Assembly: GCA_032718475.1 (NCBI GenBank)
Contig: JAUCBJ010002821.1
Location: 1 to 50,244, forward strand
DNA: 50,244 nt
Direction of reading: 5' to 3'
From: Nemertoderma westbladi
Taxonomy: Eukaryota; Animalia; Xenacoelomorpha
The notes beneath the pieces were generated by a model. That model was not told the DNA's origin, did not search any database, and was given only the letters and a program-made list of their open reading frames with translations. Every line of letters begins with the position of its first letter. The stretch's first letter is position 1. Below, piece after piece: positions 25,201-38,474 of this stretch. Made by a program: the position numbers and the translations under genes.

Positions 25201-27781
25201 TAGTTAAACCTCCCTCCTCCTTACTGGGTGAGTCAGCACTAGTTACACCTCCCTCCTCATTAGTGGGTGAGTCAGCACTAGTTACACCTCCCTCCTCATT
25301 AGTGGGTGAGTCAGCACTAGTTACACCTCCCTCCTCCTTACTGGGTGAGTCAGCACTAGTTACACCTCCCTCCTCATTAGTGGGTGAGTCAGCACTAGTT
25401 ACACCTCCCTCCTCATTAGTGGGTGAGTCAGCACTAGTTAAACCTCCCTCCTCCTTATTGGGTGAGTCAGCACTAGTTACACCTCCCTCCTCCTTACTGG
25501 GTGAGTCAGCACTAGTTACACCTCCCTCCTCATTAGTGGGTGAGTCAGCACTAGTTACACCTCCCTCCTCCTTATTGGGTGAGTCAGTACTAGTTACACC
25601 TCCCTCCTCCTTACTGGGTGAGTCAGCACTAGTTACACCTCCCTCCTCCTTACCGGGTGAGTCAGCACTAGTTACACCTCCCTCCTCCTTACTGGGTGAG
25701 TCAGTACTAGTTACACCTCCCTCCTCCTTACCGGGTGAGTCGGCACTAGTTACACCTCCCTCCTCATTAGTGGGTGAGTCAGCACTAGTTACACCTCCCT
25801 CCTCCTTACTGGGTGAGTCAGCACTAGTTACACCTCCCTCCTCATTAGTGGGTGAGTCAGCACTAGTTACACCTCCCTCCTCCTTATTGGGTGAGTCAGT
25901 ACTAGTTACACCTCCCTCCTCCTTACTGGGTGAGTCAGTACTAGTTACACCTCCCTCCTCCTTACTGGGTGAGTCAGCACTAGTTACACCTCCCTCCTCC
26001 TTACTGGGTGAGTCAGCGCTAGTTACACCTCCCTCCTCCTTACTGGGTGAGTCAGCACTAATTACACCACCCTCCTCCTTACAGGGTGAGTCAGCACTAG
26101 TTACACCTCCCTCCTCCTTATTGGGTGAGTTAGCACTAGTAACACCTCCCTCCTCCTCACTGGGTGAGTCAGTACTAGTTACACCTCCCTCCTCCTTATT
26201 GGGTGAGTCAGCACTAGTTACACCTCCCTCCTCCTTACTGGGTGAGTCAGCACTAGTTACACCTCCCTCCTCCTTATTGGGTGAGTCAGCACTAGTTAAA
26301 CCTCCCTCCTCCTTATTGGGTGAGTCAGCACTAGTTACACCTCCCTCCTCATTAGTGGGTGAGTCAGCACTAGTTACACCTCCCTCCTCCTTACTGGGTG
26401 AGTCAGCACTAGTTACACCTCCCTCCTCATTAGTGGGTGAGTCAGCACTAGTTACACCTCCCTCCTCCTTATTGGGTGAGTCAGTACTAGTTACACCTCC
26501 CTCCTCCTTACTGGGTGAGTCAGCACTAGTTACACCTCCCTCCTCCTTACCGGGTGAGTCGGCACTAGTTACACCTCCCTCCTCATTAGTGGGTGAGTCG
26601 GCACTAGTTACACCTCCCTCCTCATTAGTGGGTGAGTCAGCACTAGTTACACCACCCTCCTCCTTACTGGGTGAGTCAGCACTAGTTACACCTCCCTCCT
26701 CCTTACTGGGTGAGTCAGCACTAGTTACACCTCCCTCTTCCTTACTGGGTGAGTCAGCACTAGTTACACCTCCCTCCTCCTTACCGGGTGAGTCGGCACT
26801 AGTTACACCTCCCTCCTCATTAGTGGGTGAGTCAGCACTAGTTACACCACCCTCCTCCTTACTGGGTGAGTCAGCACTAGTTACACCTCCCTCCTCCTTA
26901 CTGGGTGAGTCAGAACTAGTTACACCTCCCTCATCCTTACTGGGTGAGTCAGCACTAGTTACAACTCCCTACCCCTTCCTGGGTGAGTCAGCACTAGTTA
27001 CACCCCCCTCCTTCTTACTGGGTGAGTCAGTACTAGTTACACCTCCCTCCTCCATACCGGGTGAGTCAGCACTAGTTACACCTCCCTCCTCCTTACTGGG
27101 TGAGTCAGCACTAGTTACACCTCCCTCCTCCTTATTGGGTGAGTCAGTACTAGTTACACCTCCCTCCTCCTTACTGGGTGAGTCAGCACTAGTTACACCT
27201 CCCTCCTCCTTACCGGGTGAGTCAGCACTAGTTACACCTCCCTCCTCCTTACCGGGTGAGTCAGCACTAGTTACACCCCCCTCCTCCTTACTGGGTGAGT
27301 CAGCACTAGTTACACCTCCCTCCTCCTTATTGGGTGAGTCAGTACTAGTTACACCTCCCCCCTTCTTACTGGGTGAGTCAGCACTAATTACACCACCCTC
27401 CTCCTTACTGGGTGAGTCAGCACTAGTTACACCTCCCACCTCCTTACTTGGTGAGTCAGTACTAGTTACACCTCCCTCCTCCTTACTGGGTGAGTCAGCA
27501 CTAGTTACACCTCCCTCATCCTTACTGGGTGAGTCAGCACTAATTACACCACCCTCCTCCTTACAGGGTGAGTCAGCACTAGTTACACCTCCCTCCTCCT
27601 TACTGGGTGAGTCAGCACTAGTTACACCTCCCTCCTCCTTACTGGGTGAGTCAGCACTAGTTACACCACCATCCTCCTTACTGGGTGAGTCAGCACTAGT
27701 TACACCTCCCTCCTCAATAATGGGTGTATATTTAAGTCAGTACTAGTTACACCTCCTTCCCCCTTACTGGGTGAGTCAGCA
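19223..27781. repeat. 39-bp tandem array, about 220 copies (ACTGGGTGAGTCAGCACTAGTTACACCTCCCTCCTCCTT), frame-preserving
   Basis: + frame open 19221-27746 (VTPPSSLLGESAL)n; - frame (EEGGVTSADSPSK)n with two visible stops (21194, 26969); the only internal indels seen are 9-bp deletions. Confidence 0.97.
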
Positions 27782-28084
27782 TTTTTATTTTTTGCTCTCA
27801 ATCTTTAATAAATATAAATTAAAAAAAATGAAATTTATTAGAAACAACAAAATTCGTGAATATACAGACATCAGAAACAAAAAATGGATTGAAACACTGT
27901 TTAGAGACCAAAAATAGGGGTGGGGGTCTTACGGAAGTCATAGAACAAAAATTGGGATAAACAAACTATTACTGTACAAAAAAAATAGCACGAGCTAATT
28001 TAGTTTACAGAATTATAACGACTTTTCAACAAACTAATAATTATTTATTGCATGATAAATAATGTGAAACTATTTTCACTATAC

Positions 28085-29700
28085 ACGTGATTAGACAGGC
28101 CAAAAACAAAAATGTAGAATTTACATATAAGTTAGTCAAGGTGTTCCTTTTCATGCCAATAGTCATTTTGGAAAATGTTATTGCAAAAAAATAATATCTT
28201 GAGGTACCACAAGCACCTTAAACATTTCGCACCAAAGCGACACTGTGCGCGACAGCCTTATAAACTCAATGTTAGTGTTCACCAATTTATTATACCCGTA
28301 GAATACTAATCTTAGGCTCATTCGAACCGCAACGATCGACTTAATGGTTGTAGATTCCTTCAATATAGTAATAGAGTGAATAGTTCTCGAGATATTGGTC
28401 AAAAGGCGTCGTCACGTTAAACTCAACATCATCGCGTCAAATCCATATATGGTTATCCTCTAAAAATGAGACTTATATTTATGCCACTTGCCAAGAATCG
28501 ACTCATTTAGTCCGCAATAATCGATGCCGTGTAGAGGCACCTTCAAAATGATAGTAGATTGAAGAATGTCAAGATATTGAACAAAAGGATTTGTCATGTT
28601 GAACTCAACATCATCGCGTCACATTAATATATGCATACCCACCAAAAATGATACTTCATTATTCCACAGAATCGAGAATAGCCTCATTGGAACCGCAATC
28701 AACGAATTAGTGTATCTAGACACCTTCAATTAGGACTGGGGTGATTAGTTCCTGAGATATTTAGATATATAAGGTGCATGGCGGTGGCGGCTTAACCCAA
28801 CATATGAGGGTTAAGCGATATAAGGATATCATAAAAAACAATGCTTCAAATTACCTTAGATAATTGAGAACAGGCGCATTCGACCTGTAATGATCTGAAA
28901 AGTTTGTGTAAAGTGAAAATACCTTCAAAGTAACAATAAAGTAAGAATGTTATTGAGTTGGTACTCAAAATGATTGGCTGATTCAGTCTGTGAAAAAACC
29001 CGATCATATCATCACTCTACTTTGAAGGTGTTTAGCCTTTAAACCTACTAAATTGCTTATTTATGGTCGAATGAGCATCTTTTCAATTCTGAAGGTAATG
29101 TTAAAGTGTGCCTTTTGGTGATATGCTTATATCGCTTTACCCTCAAATGCTGGGTTCAGCCAGGAGCCGGCCTGCTCCTTTTAGGCAATAACTCGGGAAC
29201 TAAATACTCCAGTCCTAATTTGAAGATGTCTACACCCACTAAATCGATGATTGCGGTTTCATTGACTCTATTTTCGATCGGTGGCATAATTCGAAGTATC
29301 ATTTTTAGTGGATAAGTATATATATCGATTTGACGCGATGATGTTGAGTTTAACGTGACGACGCCTTTTGACCAATATCTCGAGAACTATTCACGCTATT
29401 ACTATATTGAAGGAATCTACAACCATTAAGTCCGTCATTGCGGTTCGATTGACTCTAAGATTAGTATTCTACGGGTATAATAAATTGGTGAACACTAACA
29501 TTGAGTTTATAAGGCTGTCGCGCACAGTGTCGCTTTGGTGCGAAATGTTTAAGGTGCTTGTGCTACCTCAAGATGTCAATGAATTTTCCCAAAATTTGTC
29601 ATGATAACTCGCTTAGCAATAAGAAACAATATGTGTAACTTATATACAAATCTTAGAGAGAAAAATTGTTGCCTATATTTTTGGACCAGTCTACTCGTGA
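28085..29700. mobile_element. Foldback/MITE-like non-autonomous DNA element with long inverted arms
   Basis: ~28196-28450 is the near-perfect reverse complement of ~29325-29573 (hence the twin MTNISRTIH.. ORFs); ~28620-28825 mirrors ~29125-29310; more degenerate symmetry extends to ~28085/29700. No clear TSD. Confidence 0.75.
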
Positions 29701-29734
29701 CATTTTATTTACCGAGCGTTAATAAAGAATAGAG

Positions 29735-30073
29735 AGCATATGTTCTACATTATAGGCCTATATTATAGCATATGTTCTACATTATAGGCCTATATTATAG
29801 CATATGTTCTACATTATAGGCCTATATTATAGCATATGTTCTACATTATAGGCCTATATTATAGCATATGTTCTACATTATAGGCCTATATTATAGCATA
29901 TGTTCTACATTATAGGCCTATATTATAGCATATGTTCTACATTATAGGCCTATATTATAGCATATGTTCTACATTATAGGCCTATATTATAGCATATGTT
30001 CTACATTATAGGCCTATATTATAGCATATGTTCTACATTATAGGCCTATATTATAGCATATGTTCTACATTAT
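29735..30073. repeat. 32-bp minisatellite (AGCATATGTTCTACATTATAGGCCTATATTAT), about 10.5 perfect copies
   Basis: Perfect tandem units containing the palindrome TATAGGCCTATA. Confidence 0.95.
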
Positions 30074-31149
30074 ATAACATGCAATGCCGATAATAATGTA
30101 ATTTTATTTTAAAATGGAACATTATTTTCACGACGTTCTGTTTTATTTAGTGAATTAAGAAAGACCGTACGAATATTCCTAAAGTAATAATGTTTCCTCG
30201 TTGTGCTCTGCTCCTCTTCTTTAGATCACTGGGCACACAATCCTAAATTTGTACACAAACCTAAATTTGTTTCGTTTTTAAAACTAGCTAGTTCTTTTAT
30301 TAATGTTCTTAAACATATCATATTTTCTTTATTTAAATAGCTATAAAAATATTTTAAAAAATAGTTTTATAATTGAAATATTTGTTCTAGAACTATTATT
30401 TTAAATAGGGAACATGTTAAAAGATTAAAAGAATAACAAAAACTAGGTATAATACCGTTATATTTGATTTTAACTTTTTATAAGACGTTGTATAATATAT
30501 ATTGTTTTAATCAAGCCAGATTATGGCCATAATGTAAAATATCAAGATATAAAGACAAGGAAGTAAATTAATCTAGCACAACGGTTAATTAGAAATATAT
30601 ATAGATCATACTACAAAAATTATAATACAATGCACTTTATTTATAATAATCTATAAGAGAGGTTCGGCCTTAAAATCAATTTTAAAATTTGAAACCTTTA
30701 AAACCAATTACCAACTGTGGCAACGATGGGAGTAAAATATAAGGCTGGGAGGTTTAATGGTTATGTAATAAATAATGTGTTATTTATTTTTAAAAAAAGC
30801 AACAACTAGCTAGTAGTACGTACACGATTTTAAACTTTTTGAAACAAGTTCTAGAATCCAAAAAATTATAGATCTTTTTTTAACAATAGGTAACATTTTG
30901 TTAACATTTTTAAATAATTGGCAAAGAGTAGCTGAGTGTTTAAACGGGATTAGACTTTCGGGATTTCCGGGATCGTGACCGATATTATTACTCTCGGGAT
31001 CCCGATTTTTGGGATCGGGATTACAATTTGGATAAAATTTAAAGTTAATAGTATTTTGTTTTGGCTTTGGGTAACACTCACTTTATCTTACACTGTCTGT
31101 AACATTAGTAAGATGATGTACTATTAAAATTATCTAACAATTGATAATT

Positions 31150-31670
31150 AGATGGTTTACAGGCATATCAATTCGATATAATCAACATTAATGGGCTAGA
31201 ATTCCGTATAGAACTGCATTTTTAAAACATATGCCATTGTTACTATGGCAACATTGAAGAGTTATAGAACAATAGAAAAGTATCATATACTATTCTAGAA
31301 CATAAATAAAATAAAAAATATAATGTTCTAAAACATATAGCTAGTTTTTTTAATTTTAAAATAGCTAGTAAATTTAACAAATAATAAAATTTGGTACCGG
31401 TAGATAAATTTTTTAATAATAATATAAATAAATGAATTTTTTTTATTACTACTGTAGCTATTTTAAATTTAAAAAAATAACTAGCTATATGTTCTAGAAC
31501 AAAAATTTTTTTATTTTATTTTTGTTCTAGAACAGTGTATATTATTTATTTTAAGTTCTAGAACTCTTCACTGTTGCCATGGTAACAATGATTTATGTTA
31601 TAAAAATGCAGTTCTATACGGAACTGTTACCCATTTATGTTCTGGTACAATTTTATCGGTATTTATCGGA
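31150..31670. repeat. Imperfect long inverted repeat (MITE-like hairpin)
   Basis: TTCCGTATAGAACTGCATTTTT..CATTGTTACTATGGCAACA (~31202-31253) mirrors TGTTGCCATGGTAACAATG..AAAAATGCAGTTCTATACGGAA (~31572-31623); many GTTCTAGAAC palindromes nearby. Confidence 0.7.
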
Positions 31671-31918
31671 TATTCAACAAAATCGGGTTCCCCCTAAAAC
31701 ATTCAATTCCTTAAATACTTTAATAGGCCTACTTCATTACAGTTACAGATTAAATAATGTAGCTAAATTTGAAGTTAAAATGTAAAAGAAGTGAAAATAA
31801 TGTACGAAGTGAGAATGTTAATGTTGCAGTTGAATGTTAAACACCTTTAAGGAGTGAAAATAATGTTCTATTTTAAAATAAGAATATTAAAATTAAATTC
31901 CTGTTTCTAGAATAATAT

Positions 31919-34900
31919 ACTGTACGTGGCTGTAGTTACTGTACGTGGTTGTAGTTACTGTACGTGGCTGTAGTTACTGTACGTGGCTGTAGTTACTGTA
32001 CGTGGTTGTAGTTACTGTACGTGGCTGTAGTTACTGTACGTGGCTGTAGTTACTGTACGTGGCTGTAGTTACTGTACGTGGTTGTAGTTAGTGTACGTGG
32101 CTGTAGTTACTGTACGTGGCTGTAGTTACTGTACGTGGCTGTAGTTACTGTACGTGGCTGTAGTTACTGTACGTGGCTGTAGTTACTGTACGTGGTTGTA
32201 GTTACTGTACGTGGTTGTAGTTACTGTACGTGGCTGTAGTTACTGTACGTGGCTGTAGTTACTGTACGTGGCTGTAGTTACTGTACGTGGCTGTAGTTAC
32301 TGTACGTGGCTGTAGTTACTGTACGTGGTTGTAGTTACTGTACGTGGCTGTAGTTACTGTACGTGGCTGTAGTTACTGTACGTGGCTGTAGTTACTGTAC
32401 GTGGCTGTAGTTACTGTACGTGGCTGTAGTTACTGTACGTGGTTGTAGTTACTGTACGTGGCTGTAGTTACTGTACGTGGCTGTAGTTACTGTACGTGGT
32501 TGTAGTTACTGTACGTGGCTGTAGTTACTGTACGTGGTTGTAGTTACTGTACGTGGCTGTAGTTACTGTACGTGGCTGTAGTTACTGTACGTGGCTGTAG
32601 TTACTGTACGTGGCTGTAGTTACTGTACGTGGCTGTAGTTACTGTACGTGGTTGTAGTTACTGTACGTGGCTGTAGTTACTGTACGTGGCTGTAGTTACT
32701 GTACGTGGCTGTAGTTACTGTACGTGGCTGTAGTTACTGTACGTGGCTGTAGTTACTGTACGTGGCTGTAGTTACTGTACGTGGCTGTAGTTACTGTACG
32801 TGGCTGTAGTTACTGTACGTGGTTGTAGTTACTGTACGTGGCTGTAGTTACTGTACGTGGTTGTAGTTACTGTACGTGGCTGTAGTTACTGTACGTGGCT
32901 GTAGTTACTGTACGTGGCTGTAGTTACTGTACGTGGTTGTAGTTACTGTACGTGGTTGTAGTTACTGTACGTGGCTGTAGTTACTGTACGTGGCTGTAGT
33001 TACTGTACGTGGCTGTAGTTACTGTACGTGGCTGTAGTTACTGTACGTGGCTGTAGTTACTGTACGTGGCTGTAGTTACTGTACGTGGTTGTAGTTACTG
33101 TACGTGGCTGTAGTTACTGTACGTGGCTGTAGTTACTGTACGTGGTTGTAGTTACTGTACGTGGTTGTAGTTACTGTACGTGGTTGTAGTTACTGTACGT
33201 GGTTGTAGTTACTGTACGTGGCTGTAGTTACTGTACGTGGCTGTAGTTACTGTACGTGGTTGTAGTTACTGTACGTGGCTGTAGTTACTGTACGTGGTTG
33301 TAGTTACTGTACGTGGCTGTAGTTACTGTACGTGGCTGTAGTTACTGTACGTGGCTGTAGTTACTGTACGTGGCTGTAGTTACTGTACGTGGTTGTAGTT
33401 ACTGTACGTGGCTGTAGTTACTGTACGTGGCTGTAGTTACTGTACGTGGCTGTAGTTACTGTACGTGGCTGTAGTTACTGTACGTGGCTGTAGTTACTGT
33501 ACGTGGTTGTAGTTACTGTACGTGGCTGTAGTTACTGTACGTGGTTGTAGTTACTGTACGTGGCTGTAGTTACTGTACGTGGCTGTAGTTACTGTACGTG
33601 GTTGTAGTTACTGTACGTGGCTGTAGTTACTGTACGTGGCTGTAGTTACTGTACGTGGCTGTAGTTACTGTACGTGGTTGTAGTTACTGTACGTGGCTGT
33701 AGTTACTGTACGTGGCTGTAGTTACTGTACGTGGTTGTAGTTACTGTACGTGGCTGTAGTTACTGTACGTGGCTGTAGTTACTGTACGTGGCTGTAGTTA
33801 CTGTACGTGGCTGTAGTTACTGTACGTGGCTGTAGTTACTGTACGTGGCTGTAGTTACTGTACGTGGCTGTAGTTACTGTACGTGGCTGTAGTTACTGTA
33901 CGTGGTTGTAGTTACTGTACGTGGCTGTAGTTACTGTACGTGGTTGTAGTTACTGTACGTGGCTGTAGTTACTGTACGTGGCTGTAGTTACTGTACGTGG
34001 TTGTAGTTACTGTACGTGGCTGTAGTTACTGTACGTGGCTGTAGTTACTGTACGTGGCTGTAGTTACTGTACGTGGCTGTAGTTACTGTACGTGGCTGTA
34101 GTTACTGTACGTGGTTGTAGTTACTGTACGTGGTTGTAGTTACTGTACGTGGCTGTAGTTACTGTACGTGGCTGTAGTTACTGTACGTGGTTGTAGTTAC
34201 TGTACGTGGCTGTAGTTACTGTACGTGGTTGTAGTTACTGTACGTGGTTGTAGTTACTGTACGTGGCTGTAGTTACTGTACGTGGCTGTAGTTACTGTAC
34301 GTGGCTGTAGTTACTGTACGTGGCTGTAGTTACTGTACGTGGCTGTAGTTACTGTACGTGGCTGTAGTTACTGTACGTGGCTGTAGTTACTGTACGTGGC
34401 TGTAGTTACTGTACGTGGCTGTAGTTACTGTACGTGGTTGTAGTTACTGTACGTGGCTGTAGTTACTGTACGTGGTTGTAGTTACTGTACGTGGCTGTAG
34501 TTACTGTACGTGGCTGTAGTTACTGTACGTGGCTGTAGTTACTGTACGTGGTTGTAGTTACTGTACGTGGCTGTAGTTACTGTACGTGGCTGTAGTTACT
34601 GTACGTGGTTGTAGTTACTGTACGTGGCTGTAGTTACTGTACGTGGTTGTAGTTACTGTACGTGGCTGTAGTTACTGTACGTGGCTGTAGTTACTGTACG
34701 TGGTTGTAGTTACTGTACGTGGCTGTAGTTACTGTACGTGGCTGTAGTTACTGTACGTGGTTGTAGTTACTGTACGTGGCTGTAGTTACTGTACGTGGCT
34801 GTAGTTACTGTACGTGGCTGTAGTTACTGTACGTGGCTGTAGTTACTGTACGTGGTTGTAGTTACTGTACGTGGCTGTAGTTACTGTACGTGGCTGTAGT

Positions 34901-35875
34901 TACTGTACGTGGCTGTAGTTACTGTACGTGGCTGTAGTTACTGTACGTGGCTGTAGTTACTGTACGTGGTTGTAGTTACTGTACGTGGCTGTAGTTACTG
35001 TACGTGGCTGTAGTTACTGTACGTGGCTGTAGTTACTGTACGTGGCTGTAGTTACTGTACGTGGTTGTAGTTACTGTACGTGGCTGTAGTTACTGTACGT
35101 GGTTGTAGTTACTGTACGTGGCTGTAGTTACTGTACGTGGTTGTAGTTACTGTACGTGGCTGTAGTTACTGTACGTGGCTGTAGTTACTGTACGTGGCTG
35201 TAGTTACTGTACGTGGCTGTAGTTACTGTACGTGGCTGTAGTTACTGTACGTGGCTGTAGTTACTGTACGTGGTTGTAGTTACTGTACGTGGCTGTAGTT
35301 ACTGTACGTGGCTGTAGTTACTGTACGTGGTTGTAGTTACTGTACGTGGCTGTAGTTACTGTACGTGGCTGTAGTTACTGTACGTGGCTGTAGTTACTGT
35401 ACGTGGCTGTAGTTACTGTACGTGGCTGTAGTTACTGTACGTGGTTGTAGTTACTGTACGTGGCTGTAGTTACTGTACGTGGCTGTAGTTACTGTACGTG
35501 GTTGTAGTTACTGTACGTGGCTGTAGTTACTGTACGTGGCTGTAGTTACTGTACGTGGTTGTAGTTACTGTACGTGGCTGTAGTTACTGTACGTGGCTGT
35601 AGTTACTGTACGTGGTTGTAGTTACTGTACGTGGCTGTAGTTACTGTACGTGGCTGTAGTTACTGTACGTGGCTGTAGTTACTGTACGTGGCTGTAGTTA
35701 CTGTACGTGGCTGTAGTTACTGTACGTGGCTGTAGTTACTGTACGTGGTTGTAGTTACTGTACGTGGTTGTAGTTAGTGTACGTGGTTGTAGTTACTGTA
35801 CGTGGTTGTAGTTACTGTACGTGATTGTAGTTACTGTACGTGGCTGTAGTTACTGTACGTGGTTATAGTTACTGT
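31919..35875. repeat. 19-bp satellite (ACTGTACGTGG[C/T]TGTAGTT), about 208 copies
   Basis: Highly homogeneous array with one common C/T dimorphism; resumes at 45439-45546. Confidence 0.97.
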
Positions 35876-36279
35876 TATCTGAGTAATGTAACTTTTTTAT
35901 TCAAAAGAACGTAATATTTTGCCGTAGTAGTAGCACAAACTGATAAAATTAACGTACTGTATTAAAGTTACAAAATTATTAAAATAGTTAATATTAAAAG
36001 AAGGTCCAATAAGTAGCATCAATAAGGGTCAGACTAAAACGCGGATCCGGATCAGGATCCGGATTCTATCATTTAACATTGTCCCTATGGAAGTCGACTG
36101 AATTTACATTTTTAGGGTGTAATCTGCGGATCCGTGCACTGCTAAATTTACCGAATCCGTAACCGAGTGTAAAATGCGGATTGGCCTTTTTTTCAGATCC
36201 GGAACGGAGTGTAAAGCGCGGATTCATGTTTTAGGCTAAATCCTGAACGGAGTGTAAAACGCGGATTCATTTTTCTACT

Positions 36280-37710
36280 GAATCCGGGATTGGGTGTAAA
36301 ATACGGATTCAGGTTTATTACAAAGTTTTATTAAATCCGGGAAGGGGTGTAAAATGCGGATTCAAGTTAATTACCATGTTTTATTGGATCCGGAATGGAG
36401 TGTAAAACGCGGATTCTAGTTAATTACAAAGTTTTGTTGGATCCGGAATGGAGTGTAAAACACGGATTTTCGTTAATTACCAAGTTTTATTGGATCCGGA
36501 ATGGAGTGTAAAACACGGATTTACGTTAATTATAAGTTTTATTGGATCCGGAATGGAGTGTAAAACACGGATTTACGTTAATTATCAAGTTTTATTGGAT
36601 CCGGAATGGAGTGTAAAACACGGATTTACGTTAATTACCAAGTTTTATTGGATCCGGAATGGAGTGTAAAATACGGATTTACGTTAATTACCAAGTTTTA
36701 TTGGATCCGGAATGGAGTGTAAAACACGGATTTACGTTAATTACCAAGTTTTATTGGATCCGGAATGGAGTGTAAAACACGGACTTACGTTAATTACTAA
36801 GTTTTATTGGATCCGGAATGGAGTGTAAAACACGGATTTACGTTAATTACCAAGTTTTATTGGATCCGGAATGGAGTGTAAAACACGGATTTACGTTAAT
36901 TACCAAGTTTTATTGGATCCGGAATGGAGTGTAAAACACGGATTTACGTTAATTACCAAGTTTTATTGGATCCGGAATGGAGTGTAAAACACGGATTTAC
37001 GTTAATTACTAAGTTTTATTGGATCCGGAATGGAGTGTAAAACACGGATTTACGTTAATTACCAAGTTTTATTGGATCCGGAATGGAGTGTAAAACACGG
37101 ATTTACGTTAATTACTAAGTTTTATTGGATCCGGAATGGAGTGTAAAACACGGATTTACGTTAATTACCAAGTTTTATTGGATCCGGAATGGAGTGTAAA
37201 ACACGGATTTACGTTAATTACCAAGTTTTATTGGATCCGTAACGGAGTGTAAAACACGGATTTATGTTAATTACCAAGTTTTATTGGATCCGGAATGGAG
37301 TGTAAAACACGGATTTACGTTAATTACCAAGTTTTATTGTATCCGGAATGGAGTGTAAAACACGGACTTACGTTAATTACTAAGTTTTATTGGATCCGGA
37401 ATGGAGTGTAAAACACGGATTTACGTTAATTACCAAGTTTTATTGGATCCGGAATGTAGTGTAAAACACGGATTTACGTTAATTACCAAGTTTTATTGGA
37501 TCCGGAATGTAGTGTAAAACACGGATTTACGTTAATTTCCAAGTTTTATTGGATCCGGAATGGAGTGTAAAACACGGATTTACGTTAATTACCAAGTTGT
37601 ATTGGATCCGGAACGGAGTGTAAAACACGGATTTATGTTAATTACCAAGTTTTATTGGATCCGGGAAGGGGTGTAAAACACGGATTCAAGTTAATTAGTA
37701 AGTTTTAATG
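36280..37710 (+). repeat. 53-bp tandem array, left arm of MULE (about 26 copies)
   Basis: Unit GATCCGGAATGGAGTGTAAAACACGGATTTACGTTAATTACCAAGTTTTATTG. Confidence 0.93.
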
Positions 37711-37783
37711 AACAATTTGTAAAACGCATATGCAATAAAGACCCAGACCCTCATCTAGTTACAATTATTAATTAGTGCAATGT

Positions 37784-37966
37784 TTATTGTTCTTTAGTAA
37801 CTTTTCTTGGCTTGCTGACTTTCCTGGTTTTTTTCTTCTCCGGACTCGGGGTGCACGATGTTTGCGTAGTAAGTTCAAGCGGCTCAACAATGGCTGTATC
37901 ATTGGTTGGACTCGGAATAACGAATCCCGTAAATGGAACCTTTACAAAGTCATCACTGTCACCCAT
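37784..37966 (-). CDS. Short ORF inside the MULE core (captured exon or remnant first exon)
   Basis: AACATGG start context; MGDSDDFVKVPF..SPEKKKTRKVSKPRK with NLS-like basic patch; CCAAT motif about 170 bp upstream. No recognisable family. Confidence 0.3.
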   Translation of the reverse strand: MGDSDDFVKVPFTGFVIPSPTNDTAIVEPLELTTQTSCTPSPEKKKTRKVSKPRKVTKEQ

Positions 37967-38474
37967 GTTTAATAAGAAATTAAATAAGAGGAATTATACT
38001 GAACAGTTCAGCCTCCATAAATTAGGAAGGCAGCACGCTTGCAAGGCCTTAAATAGAGTACGCTATGATGCAGTACAAACTACCGCCAGCTAGGCAGAAC
38101 AGTGATTCTTGTTTGTAAGGGAGGTTGGGATGGATAAGCCAATCAGGGAACAGGACAGTAATCCTACCATACAATTGTCTACAGAGCTGCTCTACCAGAG
38201 AGGTCACGTTCCCACGGTAGTAGTTTTTCAGCTAATCAATATCTAATAATGTCTGACGGCCAAACATCACCATCGCCCTTATTAATAATTCATTGGGAAG
38301 CATTGACCCCTATTAAGGTGTCCCCCAGAGCCGGATTAGGCTTATGTGTGGCCCCTAGACATAGACAAATTATTAAGGTGTCTATTAACTATTAAGGTGT
38401 CCCCCATTAATGTTTGTGTCCCTCATTAATGTGTGTCCCTCATTAATAGTTGTGTCCCTCATTAACAAACTCAG

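Noticed and set aside
28178-29604. Twin ORFs MTNISRTIH.. on opposite strands
   Set aside because: Products of the inverted arms of a non-coding foldback element; non-ATG starts.
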